Below, piece by piece: positions 37,955 to 50,892 of a stretch of DNA of 64,000 bases (position 1 is its first letter; each line of letters opens with the position of its first letter). The translations under genes and the position numbers were made by a program. The notes below the pieces were generated by a model. It worked only from the letters and a program-made list of their open reading frames with translations. It did not search any database and had not been told where the DNA came from. The DNA comes from Marsupella aquatica (taxonomy: Eukaryota; Plantae; Marchantiophyta). The stretch spans positions 25,963,240 to 26,027,239 of the forward strand of contig OZ316894.1 in assembly GCA_973895155.1 (NCBI GenBank), written 5' to 3'.

Positions 37955-38179
37955 TTCAATGAATTGGTTCAAGTAGGTTAAAGTATCAAGGGTTCTAAAT
38001 ACATTCACAGATACATAATGGACCTGCCATACACAATGAACCTGTCATACAACACAGTAAACAACACAATATGAAGCAAATTAGACATTGTTCAAAAAAC
38101 CTTTTCAAAACCAGCTTTTAAGAAGACCCAAACAAAAACTTGCTGGTCATTGTTCACATGTGATTAGTCTAGTGAAACT

Positions 38180-38902
38180 CTAAGAAGTATGAGGCTGCAC
38201 AGGAACTAGTTCACCCTCAGCTATTCTATGCCTATGACAATAAATGAAACGCCAGCCTTCCACATCCCAGTGGTCCCTGCCCTTCACACACCTCCTAAGG
38301 TGTTTCACTCCCCCAGTTGTCTCATCATGACACCAACTTCGAGGGCACCTACGACACTGGACAAAGTCCTTAATCCCATCCTTGTACACTTTACAATACT
38401 CACAAAAGTGCCTTGGGCACATTAGGCTCTTTGGATTCCCTGGCTGAGACCTTTGAGACAGTGCTGCAACCATAAGCAACACCCTAAGGCAACCAGGGTG
38501 GTAATGAGAAAAGCAATCGGGGTGGGCACAATGGAGCACAAGAGATTCATTTTCTGTGGGGTGCTCAAATCTGCCAATGAGTCCACAAGCAAAGCATCTA
38601 GCTTTGCCAGCAGCACATAGTTGACAAACCCATGGTGCCGTCCAGTCATTGTTTTCAGGCAGTGTGACAGGAGTGCAAGCAGGCCCATGTATACCTTCTC
38701 CACCAACAAAGTGAAAATGTCTACTACAAGGCCCATCACAAAATACCACATCATCTGTCTCATCACAAAAGAAACAACAAGGAGGATCCATGCGGTGGTG
38801 CTCCTTGTGGGAAAATATGTCAATCCTGGGCACATTAGAAGCCATCTCTGCTTGTTGGATAAGTTGCTGGATAGTGGATTTACCTATGCACACCACATTC
38901 AT
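38180..38902 (-). CDS. Stand-alone EDM2/NSD-type multi-PHD zinc finger protein
   Basis: CFFCD..VVFCDGPCSRHFH..WVCQLC..CFACG..C..C..YHPGC..CPRHFC..C..CRRCPRSW..IYCHRH. Confidence 0.8.
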   Translation of the reverse strand: MNVVCIGKSTIQQLIQQAEMASNVPRIDIFSHKEHHRMDPPCCFFCDETDDVVFCDGPCSRHFHFVGGEGIHGPACTPVTLPENNDWTAPWVCQLCAAGKARCFACGLIGRFEHPTENESLVLHCAHPDCFSHYHPGCLRVLLMVAALSQRSQPGNPKSLMCPRHFCEYCKVYKDGIKDFVQCRRCPRSWCHDETTGGVKHLRRCVKGRDHWDVEGWRFIYCHRHRIAEGELVPVQPHTS

Positions 38903-41109
38903 TTACTCAGCATCCATGTTGTAGCCCCTCAACATTCATTAAACACTGAATAGCCAATTGAGGTTATTGGTGCAACTACATAGCATATATCATAAACAAA
39001 AGCATACCTTTTATTGATCTCTTATCTGACTAGCAAGAGCTGCAACAAATGGTGTATCTTGAGGCTTGCTCCTTCCACAAGGTTCACATATAAACCCTGG
39101 TATATTGCTGAAGCTTCTGAGATGCTTTGACTACATCGTAAGCCAATCCATCCTGCAAGAAGCTCAAGCCAATAAATCCCGCAAGCTCGAGTCAAGATCT
39201 AGAATAACAATTAAATCCAAGAAGACCTAACACAAAAGATGCTTCGACTACATCGTAATTAAGCCAATCCATCTGCAAGAAGCTTGAGCCAATCAATCCT
39301 GCTAGAGTGAAGATCTATAATAACACATCCAAGAAGACCAAACACCAAAGATACAAGGAAGCGGGCAGGGAAGAACTTGAACAAACAGTAATCTTGAGAA
39401 CTCTGGAAAATAGCGGCATGACATGGAAGTCTTACTATAGATCATGAAATGAACTTTCAATTCAACTTCAGCCAGAGCTAGGCCAGAGATAATATACCTT
39501 GGCAATTATTGGCTCCAAGCTATAGACGTGGAACAAATCCTCTTGTTGGATAAGCTGCACATTCAACATAGAGCCATTCAAATGAATGTTATTCAAGATT
39601 GCATTGAACAAATACCACTATGAACAATCACTGTTGAACAACTTACAGTGAGACTAATCCAATCAATTAATCAGGATTGAAACAGGAGTTGTTGAGGACG
39701 CTGCTATGGCAAGGGCGCCTGCAATCCTACTTGCAAGAAGTAAAACACATAAGATAGACTAATCAGGCATGCAAAATCTCCAAGCAAAGAAAAATGTGAA
39801 ATTGGCAATGGAGTCGATCCCACTGACATTTTCTCACAATCAGTTCCCTTCCAGCATTTTCAATCCAAATCTCATAGACAAACTGCAGGGAACTCAGAAG
39901 TGGACCATTGAGATAGACTACAACATTTTCTACCACAGACTACAACAGACAATCGGGCTGACATTGAAAGGACAACATTTTCTACCACAGACTACAATAG
40001 ACAGTCGAGCTGACATTGAAAGGACCATGAGACAACTTTCAAAGTTGACACACACAAACAAGACCTGCCCTTACCTTCACCAAGAGCCAACATGCAAGCG
40101 CAAATAGAGAACTAAGGACCAAATTTGATCGACTGTGAAGTTGACAATCAGTTCCTTCACCATTTTTGGGCATGAGACAGACAACTTTCACCAGCATCAG
40201 CGCAGTATGACAAACGGTGCCCCCAACAAAGCTTGATCTACCAAGTAATCAAATCACAATGAATCAAAGGAAGCAATTGAAAACTAGCAGGACAATGAAA
40301 GAGAACTCCACCACAAGTACTTGCAGATCGAATGACAGTGCATCCTACCAAGGTCAATCAGCTCCTTGGTGCCCGGTCCAATCTCAACATGTACAGTCTT
40401 GATCGATCGATTGACCTTCAGCTTGATTGATCAATCAGCTGCTCCAACACGGCCGCTACACCAAAGACGACCCTTCAGTTGGATAGATCAGCTAGGAGCT
40501 CAAACACAACCGCAGCACCCAACGACGACCCTTCAGCTTGATATTTCAGCTGGTTGCTCAAACACAACCGTAGCACCCAGTGGCAACCTTCACCGCAGCA
40601 CCCAGCAGGACAGCCGCAGCCGTGACCTTGATCACACTCAGTCGCAACGCCCACGTTCATGCAATTGACTTCAGCCCCAACTTCAGCTACACCTCGATCA
40701 TAGTTGCAATGCCCAGCTGAGCGCCCAACTTGAAGCAACACCCACAATTGCCCGATCACTTTCACTCCCAGAATGACTGCAGCTGATCAAAATCGCAGTA
40801 GATCACGCTCGCAGCTGAACAGACTTGCAGCTGAATAGACTCGCAGCTGCCACCTAAGTTTGATCAACAGAGCCACAATGCCCATCCCATGTGTAAGCAT
40901 TTCCTTCAAAAAAGCTCGAAGCAATACCCAGAAATGCCCACCGTGTGCAGCAAGCTCAGTCATTGCCGCAGCACCCAACCTGAGTCTAAGCATTTCCTTC
41001 AAGAAAAGATCAAGACCCTGAGTGCAAACTTTGTCCACTATCTACGAAGGAAGCAACACGATTGAGGAAACAACATGATTGAAGGCAGCAGCTTGCACAA
41101 GCAGCTTAA

Positions 41110-41400
41110 AACGAAGGAAGCATCACGATTGAAGGGAGCAACTCGATTGAAGGGAGCAGCACGAAAAGCAGGGAAGCACTCGACAAACAAAAAGGGATCA
41201 AGGAGGTCAGCCAAGAGGAAAAGTTCAAAGAAAGGGAGGAATACCTCAGTCTTCAGTTCAACCTGTGGAGTCACGCTTTTGCCCTTCGCCTTCAAGCTTG
41301 CCCCGGGCCTTCAAGCTTGCCCCGACCTTCAAGCTTGCCCCAACGTTCAACTTGCCTTCAATCTCGCCCCTCTCCCTTTGCCTTCAAGCTCGCTCTCTGC
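41110..41400. repeat. Short tandem repeats in the 5' region of copy A (gattgaagggagca; ccttcaagcttgcccc)
   Basis: Directly visible. Confidence 0.75.
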
Positions 41401-42326
41401 CTAGCCTTTTCCAAGTGCTCCGTAAGGGATCGCAACACATTGATTGGGAGAACCTCAATCTCCCGAGTTGCCAAAGCCTCCCACTTAGTCGACCTCAATG
41501 AGCGCCCACCTCCTTCAACTGACCTTGCGCAACCACTGTCACCTCACATCCACCAACCTCAACGCAAGCTTGTGCAGCAGTCAATCGAACTCTCGTTCTA
41601 GCTCGCAACTTCCTTCACAGAATGCACTACTTTCCTTAAAAAAAACAGAGGCAGCACCCAACCTTCGATGCGCAACTCATCGTGACTCATCTTGTGCACT
41701 CTCGTGTGCACTTCCCTTTGCAAAGCTAAACCCTACCTCCCATCCAACGGTCCAACATTTGCCCTAAACGGCTCATATTTGCCTTTGCCCTGATCGTTGG
41801 ATGCCCCTCCAAATGGATGGATAGATGGCCCTGCGAGATTCACCCCCTAAACACCCACAGCCATCTACAAAGAATTTGGCAGTTGCACCTGGGAGAATGG
41901 ATGTCCCCGACACTTCCTACCCCAACCCTTCCCCTTCCCCCCTTGTGGTCCACCAAACCATCCACGTCCCGCCCAAAAAATTCAAATTTTGTCCCTTAGT
42001 GCTCGTCTTAAGGCCACCATGAAACCCCCATTAAGCACTATAACCTGTTTACATAAGGATGGGCCACGTGGACCAATTAAAAACAGACACGTGTTCCTCA
42101 TATATGGCCAGGCCAAAAATGCCCTATCTTCAACTAACAACTTATATTGAAGAAGTGGTGTTTATAATACCCCTAATATTCTTCTAAGTTGCAAGATATA
42201 TTTTTCAACCCCTATAGTTCTTCAACAAAAATTCTAAAGTCTTCCGCAAAATTGAATTAAAAAACCCTATACTTTTTCGCGCGTGATGGGTCGGAAGGAA
42301 ATAAGTGAGGACCCCGGGGAAGACAG

Positions 42327-44532
42327 TAAGGAGGATCTCACAAAGGACATGACGCAAACTTTAAAGGAGGCAAAACCTTATGGGTATTCTCTTTCTTCAG
42401 ATGGATGGGAAAACGTCCGAAGAGAACCTTTGATGAATGTCATGTTGTTGACTTCTAAAGGTGACTTCTTCTTGGATAGTTGGAATGCTGCGCAAGCTGA
42501 CAAGAAAGATGGGAAATATCTTGGCGACATGTGGTTGAAATACATTGAGGATATTGGTGCAGATCATATTATTCAAATTGTAACTGATGGAGCACCCGCA
42601 AATCGCGTAGCAGGTTGTGAGGTAGTCATGAAAAAGTATCCTCATGTCACTTGGAGCTGGTGTGCTGCCCACGTGTTTAATTTGCTGCTAGAGGATATGT
42701 GTGGTCACAAGCGTGTAGTGGTAGATGATGTTGGACAGAATCCATTCCAAAAGATTTTTAAACGGTTGAGGTGGATAGTAAAAGCAGTTTCATCATCGCA
42801 AAAGCTTTCTGCAATATTTGCAAGAAAATCTCCTGACAAAAAACTGTTGAATCCAAATGCAACTAGATTTGCGACCAATTTCCTAATGGCACAAAGAGCG
42901 TTGGAGCTAAGAGGAGCTTTACAACAGATGGTCATTGATGATAATTGGCAGTCTTATCGTGATAGACTTCCATTGCGACCAAAATCAGCTGGACACATGA
43001 CGAGGGGAAAGGCAGACGAACTTAAAATGTGGATACAGCAAGATACATTTTGGGTTGAAGTGAAGGATACAGTTAAATTCTTTACTCCGTTGGTCAAGAT
43101 GTTGCGAGAATTTGATGGTGATTCTCCGCAATCAGGTTGGTTGTATTGGAGTTTGAAAAGAGGGATTGATGTTTTGAAAGCAAGCATGGAGGATTGTCCA
43201 TTGGTAACAGAGGTATTGAAACCGAAGATACTAAAAGTGTATTTGGATCGAAAAAAATCTCTTACCACTGATTTCATGCTAGCGGCAGCATATCTCAATC
43301 CCCAAATGTTTTTTGATGAGGACATAGATGTCGCTGGAGATCCAGAACTCTACAGGGGTTTCAGTGAATACATTGCTAGATATTCAGAACAACAGGTGAA
43401 GGAGGGGATCAACCATGATCGCGACGTCAGAGAACTTATTTCTACCATCCACAGTCAAGCCATTGACGCCCAAAAAAAAAATCCCAACACATCAATAGCG
43501 ATGGGAGCCGCCCAATCAAGTATAGGTAATGTCAGTCCAGCAGAGTGGTGGCATGCGTATGGTGCAGATTATAAACATTTGAGAATCCTGGCGCGAAGAA
43601 TCTTACACCAAAAAGTGTGCGCATCAGCTTGCGAGCGAAACTGGAGTTCGTATGGATTTATACATTCCAAAAGTCGCAATCGATTGACAAATGATCGAGC
43701 AAAAGATTTGGTGTTTGTATTTACAAACATGAGGGTAGAGAAAGGGCTCACAAATGTTCGAAACCCGCATACGTTTATATATGAACGTTATGACCAAAGA
43801 AGAAGAACAAATGATGGACCTAGACCTATCTCCATGGAGTTGTGCAGCAATGAAGAGTACGATGCAACACGTGCGGCTCTTGGTGAAGAAGATGTCGAAG
43901 ATTATGATACAATTGATGATGCTGATGAATTGCTACACGGATTTTCACTGGATAAGGATAGTGAGTTCTTGACTCGTATTCCACCAGATACAGACATCAC
44001 TGCTGCAGAGGAATGGGAGAATGAAATGGATTTGGAGATGTATCCTACAATTGATGAATCGCAAATCCAAGACGAGGAAGATGCATCACTGGACAGAAAC
44101 TTTGTGATGCCTTCCCAACCAAGGTCACCTTGGTCGAACTTTGCGAATGATGTTGACACAAGCAGACCATATTTCAACGAGCAACGCACAGGCACAGCAG
44201 GGCATCCGACGAATGGAAGGACATCAACCTTTTTTCATGGATACAACAATCATGAAGGTCAAACTTCAAACGACCCACATGCAAACTGGCAACACCATGC
44301 AGGTCCACCCTTGAATGCGTATGCAGGGCCAAGTGTCATGAATCCATATACGTCGAACAGGCCTATTGGCCTTGGTGGGTTTCGAGGAATATCATCATTT
44401 CAAGAAACATCGCACAATGTTCAGTCACACAATCGTGATCCACTCAGTTGGGGCGACAAACAAGACGAGTGGAATGCGCTTTTGTGCAAAAATCTTAACA
44501 ACAATGCACGAAATTTCTCTTCACAGCCTTGA
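42327..44532 (+). pseudogene. hAT transposase, catalytic and dimerization part (reconstituted ORF 968 aa)
   Basis: SSDGW, IVTDG, CAAH, ATRF, AAYLNP, PAEWW, ASACERNWS, RNRL. Confidence 0.92.
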
Positions 44533-44749
44533 AGCATCTTTTCATTAGGATAATATCAAGTGTTGCTACTCTTATATTGTCGTATCTGACATAGACAAAA
44601 TTATAAACAATTATATTTTTTGTAACATGATTGTATTGTCTTGCAGTGTGTTTATTATTGTACAATGATTGAATAATTTATTTGTATTTGCATTTGAGAA
44701 TGCCATAGAGACACACCAACGCAACATGTTTTCCAAATCTCCAACACTG

Positions 44750-46110
44750 ACTATTTCAAAGTACCTTGTTGTTGGCCATAGCAGCCGTAGTCCATACTAG
44801 CCCCCTCCATTAATTGGTTAGTTCATTTCACTATGCGAAGATTTAGTCCAGCAATAGAGCACCGTCATATTCAATAATAATGAGGTCGAGAGGACCTCAT
44901 TATTGGACCTGAGAATGTCATTGCTTGAATAAACCTTCTCGTAATAAAATAAACTTAGTTGAACTTGAAGTTGTAATGAGGGCCCATTTTTGGGGTGGGT
45001 GAATGTCGTTGACCGTAGCAGCTGCACTACTTGAAGTTGGGCAGAGTTTATATGACTATGAGAGAAGTTGTGAAATGAACACATTGCCTACATAATCAGT
45101 AACCTTCTCATAATCATATAAACCCCGTTCAACTTGAAGTTGTAATGAGGGCCCATTGGTGGCCAAGGAGAGCAATGTCATGATGATGATCAGACACGGT
45201 CACGGGGATTCCGCAAGATCGGTCACCAAATTGATATGCAGACGCAAAATACAATCACCAATTTCAAGTCAAAGTTCACCCGTTTATATCCTCTCCTGTC
45301 CGAATTCCAATTCGAGCTTGGACACCCTCTCGTCAGCAGGTCTCCACCCTTTCAGTTGCTCCTCACGCGAACCTCTGGATTCCTCAAACACTATGAATGA
45401 TGCATTGAAATAAAATAGGTTCGAGGATTCTAGAGACTGCTATCTTGGTTTGCGTGAAGAGCAACTGCAATGGTGGAGACCAGCTGACGAGAGGATGTCC
45501 AAGCTCGAATTGGAATTCGGAAAGGAGAGGATATAAACATGCAATTGTGCGAATTAATGTCATAGGCCCTCGCATAGGCCGTAGTAGCCGTACTCCAGTA
45601 ATTGGTCAGTTCATTTCATTATCAGAAGATTTATTCAAGCAACGGAGCACGAACATATTCAATAATAACAAAGTCAGGAGGACCTGAAATATTGACCTGA
45701 GAGTGCCATTGCTTGAATAAACCTTCTCATAATGAAAAAAACTCTGTTCAACTTCAAGTTCTAATCAGGGCCCATTTTTGGGGTAGGCAAATGTAGAGGC
45801 GTTGGCCTCGGTTTGCATGCGCATGAATGTCATTGGTCGTAGCAGCTACGCTACTTGAAGTTGAACAGAGTTTATTTGAGTACGAGAGAAGTTGTGAAAC
45901 CAACGGATCGATGACATACTCAGTAATTTTTTGCTCGAAGGACCCTGAAAATTTGACCTGAGAGTGCATTTGCTTTCAGAACTTCTCTCGTACTCAAATA
46001 AACTCCGTTCAACTTCAAGTTGTAATGAGGGCCCATTTTTGCGGTGGGCAAAGGAGTAGGCGTTGGCCTCGGTTCGCATGTGCATGAATGTCATTGGCCG
46101 TAGCAGCAAT
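44750..46110. repeat. Dispersed internal repeats within the hAT (core aactt.aagtt.taat.agggcccatt, 4 copies)
   Basis: Core at ~44962, 45131, 45749 and 46011. Confidence 0.75.
45282..45538. repeat. ~257-nt foldback (inverted repeat)
   Basis: 45282-45373 is near reverse-complementary to 45447-45538, with further pairing inside the spacer. Confidence 0.85.
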
Positions 46111-46705
46111 AGCGGAAAAAATTATGAAAGACAGGAAAAGTGAGTGGACTTAGGTATACATCCTTCTACAAAATCATTCTCAACTTGGGCGGCTAAAACC
46201 ATTGCGATGTTGACTTTGTTGAACTCATTGTGCTACACGATCTCCTTTTGGAAATGATTTCAGAGAAGGATCAGTACCTGAGTCCACTGTGCTACCGTCT
46301 CTCATCACGTCTATTTTCCTCATACTTGTCCAAAAATATGATTGTGAGCCCGACAATATGCTTCCAAAACCTATGGCTGATTGGAGGATGGAATATTCTT
46401 ACGAAAATACACATTCTCCAAAAGGCGACGCCATGCCCCCAATGAAAAATATATGTACTCATCGAGATATGCAATGTAATGTCACTCCAAAATCTCTTTA
46501 CCAATTACAAGTTGAAAATAATTGTCAAAGAGGATATGCCGCTTCTATTTTAACAAAATGTCTCTAATAGTAACTACATGAAAATAACATCAAAATGTAG
46601 AGACTATTGGTTTTAGTTCCTTTTGTTGTTATTGTCAACAGCTTCTGTTTTCACCTCTGCCTGTTGTTGACATCGTCGATGGCGCCGAATGGATCGTTGC
46701 AAATT

Positions 46706-48558
46706 TTACTCATCTATTGATGGCTGGTTGGCTGCCGCATATTGTTTCCACTCATCGAGTCGACCACTGAATAACAACCTGTCAAATTCCCCATCTGACA
46801 AATTATATTCATTGATTGTGAAATGTTCAATGGGAGTTTCATCTATTTGCATCGCCGGTATAGTATCTTCAGTCATATCTTCAGTGTTTTGTTGAGTCTC
46901 CATTGATGGCATTTGCTTCAACAATCCTCGTTGCTCATACTCGCGTTCATGAAATGGTGTGCGACACCAACATTTTCGGCTTTTCTTCAACCATTTAGAC
47001 AAGCAAGCATGATGCCATATATGACCGCAGGTTCCCAACATGGAAACAGATTCAGGGCCCCAAGGATATAGGCACCAAGTACACTTGTCATCCTTTTCAC
47101 GAACAAATGCTGCCATAGTTTCATCCTTTTTCCACTTATCAAAAAACCTATCAATACCTTCCGCGTCAACCTCCACATCTGGAAAAAGGTTGCTGTGCCC
47201 TGTAGGATCTATGATTTGCATGTTAACAAAATTTGGCCGCGATAATTCACCTTGCCCTTTGTTTGACCTCATCCCCAAAGCACCATTGTTAAATTCTTGC
47301 ACCTCTTCGTGAAGATTTGATATGATGATTGCTTGCGTTGCAAGTTCACTTTTAAGATCATTAATGATCTTGTCCTTCTCCTCAAGTCGTGCCAGTTCAT
47401 TGCATTAACGCTCTTTTTCAGCAAGTTGTTTTGTCAGCTTATTGATTTCTTCCATCTTGTCAAACAATTGACACTTGTACAACATCACTTCCGAATTGGT
47501 CGTCGGCTCGTTCTGCTTCTTCTCAAGTGATCTCATCTTTATATCAGCTTGTTGCAATTGTGACTTGAACTTTTCGATGCTGCCACATTCACATAGCTCC
47601 ACTACATACTTCGTGCGGAGATTTGTCTCAATCACCTCTGCAACATCTGCCCCCAAGCTCTTGCATATGTTGTGCAGGTTGAACTTATCCTTGTTAGCAT
47701 CAGTAACATTGTTGTTCTTTGCATGTGGAGTTCTACTCCCAACACCTACAAGGATTGGTTTTTTGGTGTGCGTTGACTCCACATTGGTTGGTGGTGCTGC
47801 ACGGTCAGGCATGGAGACTCGAGGAAGTACAGCCGCTTTCCCCTTCTCATGCGCATATCCCTCCCCAGTGTCATCTAGCTTTCTTTTGGATCCCTTGTTG
47901 GAAGTCTCCATTGAAGGGTCCTTTGCAATAGTTGTATTCCTATTCGTTGCAATCGCAACCACTGATGGATGCACCTGATGAGTCAGCTTGCCAGCACTGT
48001 TTTCCCAACGGTAATCCACCTTCCACTTGAGAATGAATTCAGCAATCAGACATCGGATAAAAGGAGGGTAAACGGAACTCATTTCGTTTGGGCTTTGTGT
48101 GGAGCAAACTCTCGATATCGTTGCTGCCAATGTGATTTAACACCTGCATGTGTTACTTTGGACATGGTGAATTTTTCTTGCGCCCATGATCTTGTTGCCC
48201 AAAGATTCGGATCGTGAAAAACTTGTTGTGCTAATGGCCAAAAGTCTTTCTTTGGCATCAACATCTCCAATTCCTTTGCATTCATGGCCCATTCGTCATG
48301 GGGAGGATTTACATTGGGCGTTAATATACTCCATTCATCCTTCATACCCTCATCTTCCCATCTTCTTGTGTTTGGCGCCGGTGTTCCATCAACCTTGGGT
48401 TTAGCCTCATAGTGAATGCCAATGGTTGTAAGATTATCCAACACATTATTACGAAGAGCTTCATCGTCACAATAGGATCCTTGACCATCTTGCATGGTAA
48501 GATGTTGTGTCGTGAACTCTTTGTCTTCATCATCAGAAGACAATTCCCATCGTCCCAT
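46706..48558 (-). pseudogene. Coiled-coil + C-terminal RING-H2-like protein (hAT cargo)
   Basis: CTWC..CGHIWHHAC..W...CWCR. Three ORFs link through a frameshift near 48085, a stop at 47405 and a frameshift near 47345. Confidence 0.65.
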
Positions 48559-48745
48559 GTTTGCGATGTGTACAAAAGGTCTGCGATATTTGACAATGTA
48601 CAAACACATTTAGCACAATTTTGGGCATTCACGACAAAGTTTGATAGAATATTATCAACAAAATGCAGAACATTGTAATTGACATACAATGAATAAACAT
48701 ATAATCGTTAAGGTGACCTTTACAAAATTGTGTAAACCCTAATCT

Positions 48746-49125
48746 CTAATCTCTAAGATATGGACTGTTGTGCAAATGCAATGTGCAATCTGGAAACGTT
48801 CGAACTATCTTCAAACTCCAAAAAGCACAATCCATTCTTTTCTTGGCATCCGTGGCCATCATTTCACGGATTATGATATCCAATTTGGGGCCATGCACTT
48901 GTGCACTCCAACCCCTCCCCAAAAACCGTGAACCCTTAGACATTCCATCCCAATTCTCTGTCAACAATGTCTCAAAAATATTCCCCAAAGCATATATATC
49001 GGTACTTTCACTAAACTCGACAGGGGTAGGTTGAACAAGCTCCGGAGCCAACTGTGGAAATTGTTTTTGGTATGTTGCTGCTTTTTCTGTTGCTGTGGGC
49101 CACATCCGATTAGCTGGTAATTTGC
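48746..49125 (-). pseudogene. Protein kinase, C-terminal part (hAT cargo)
   Basis: LAPE and DIYALG motifs; in-frame join LSKHKSQ|CKLPAN with 58850-60125. Confidence 0.85.
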
Positions 49126-49679
49126 ACTGTGATCTCGGGGGTCTCACTCCGCGAAAATCTCATATCACGTGCGACGAAGTATAGGGTCCGTTAATTGGGT
49201 TTCTCGGAAGACTTAAGAAGATTTGTGTAAGAACAATAGGGCCAACTTTATATGTTGGACAACTTGTAAGAATAATAGGGATATTAATATTTTTGACTTT
49301 GTAGATGGAAGGCATACAAAGAAGTTAGGGGGTCTTTGTGTCGGACTATGTAAAGTACACGTGTCACTATGTCATTGGTACACGTGGCACACATAACATT
49401 CCCAATATATTTTCCTAATTTTTCTAATATGTTAACATGGCAAGAATTTGAGAATGATCTGGTTTTATGGGGACTCACGTTTAGGGTTTGACCGGGATTA
49501 AGTTTGAAATTTTTCTGTTTAACGTGTCTCGTTTACCTCAATTGGCCCTTGTCAGTCCCTCCCGTGTCGTTTCCCTCCACTATCCCTTTGGCCCCACCCG
49601 CTCTTTGCCTCAACAGAGTCTCTTTTGTTTGTACCTTGCAGCAAATGGCCTAAACGGGGTCTAAACCAGTTGTGCTCCT

Positions 49680-50510
49680 GCTTGGAGTGAAGGTCGGATC
49701 GAGCGAGAGTGTGCTCTCGACTACACTTGGAGTGAAGGTCGGATCGAGCGAGAGTGTGCTCTCGACTACACTGTTGCTGGAGTGAAGGATCGACTCCTGT
49801 TGTGCTCTCGACTGCACTGCTGCTGCGGCTGGAGTGAAGGATCGAGCTGCGTTGCTGCTGCGGCTGGAGTGAAGGATCGAGCTGCGGCTGGAGTGAAGGA
49901 TCGAGCTGCGGCTGGAGTGAAGGATCGAGCTGCGTTGCTGCTGCGGCTGGAGTGAAGGATCAAGCAAGATTTCTCGGAGAAGGATCGAGCTGCGTTGCTG
50001 CTGCGGCTGGAGTGAAAGATCAAGCAAGAGTTCTCGGCGAAGGATCGAGCGAAGGAGTGAAGGGGAGAGCGAGAGTGAAGGGGAGAGCGAGAGTTCTCGG
50101 CGAAGGATCGAGCGAAGGATCGAGTGAAGCGCTGCTACTTGGAGTGAAGGGGAGAGCGAGAGTGTTGCGCTCTCGGCTGTGCTGTTGCCGTTGCTGCTTG
50201 AAGTGAAGGATCGACCAAGAGTTCCTGGCTGCGCTGCTGTTTAGAGTGAAGGGGAGAGCGAGACATCTCAGCTGCGCTGCTGCTTAGAGTGAAGGGGAGA
50301 GCGAGACTTCTCAGTTGCGTGCGCTGATTAGAGTGAAGGAGAGAGCGAGACTTCTCAGTTGCGTGTGCTGATTAGAGTGAAGGGGAGAGCGACACTTTGC
50401 AGCTGCGCTGCTGCTTGAAGTGAACCCGGGAGTGAAGGGGAGAGCGAGACTTTGTAGCTGCGCTGCTGCTTGAAGTGAACCCGGGAGTGAAGGATCGAGC
50501 AAGAGTGTTG
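49680..50510. repeat. Tandem array with core ggagtgaagg(atcgagc/ggagagcg) in the 5' region of copy B
   Basis: Roughly 20 variable-length units. Confidence 0.9.
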
Positions 50511-50784
50511 CGCTTCGGGAGGTGGGTGTCGAGAGTGTTGCATTGCTGCTTTCTAAAACGGGAGCTGCTAGCTTGCTGAAACGGGAGGTGGCTACTGCAG
50601 GGAGTGTTGCGATATCTCAAACCGGAGTGCCAGGATTGGAGCTGCATTGCTGCGTTGCTCAATCGGGAGGTAGGCGCTGCCTACTTTGACGATCGTACTT
50701 GCTTGCTTGCTACTATTTGACGCCCAAATCTATCACGCATGGCACACCTAGAGTCGATCTGGTAGCGGTCATAGACGAGGAAGC

Positions 50785-50892
50785 ACCTGATCTGCCCGTT
50801 TAGCTTTTCAGCTATAAAATTCCTGTTCTGAGCTCCGTGAATGGCGATAAGCTCTTTGAGTATTTTGTCCTCCAGAGCTCGCCATGCCCTCG
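50785..50892 (-). pseudogene. Captured MYB-repeat fragment
   Basis: Translates RG(H)/WRALEDKILKELIAIHGAQNRNFIAEKLNG/RSG with two 1-bp frameshifts; resembles the first repeat of R2R3-MYB proteins. Confidence 0.6.

Larger units (their letters stand above)
32790..42318 (-). mobile_element. P-like DNA transposon, copy A (9529 bp)
   Basis: TSD gaagacag at 32782-32789 and 42319-42326. TIR ctcgggggcctcagt versus reverse complement cccggggtcctcact (12/15). Confidence 0.92.

Noticed and set aside
33375-38008. Two separate genes per element, or an endogenous virus
   Set aside because: A conserved GT-AG intron joins the ORFs in frame; TIRs, TSDs and DDE motifs are present and no viral hallmark gene was seen.
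42283-42326. Listed ORF start of the 749-aa hAT protein
   Set aside because: These codons are the TIR and TSD of copy A; the real N-terminus is at 32089.
49650-50662. Repeat array as a CRISPR array or repeat protein
   Set aside because: No unique spacers, variable unit length, eukaryotic context, and no consistent reading frame.
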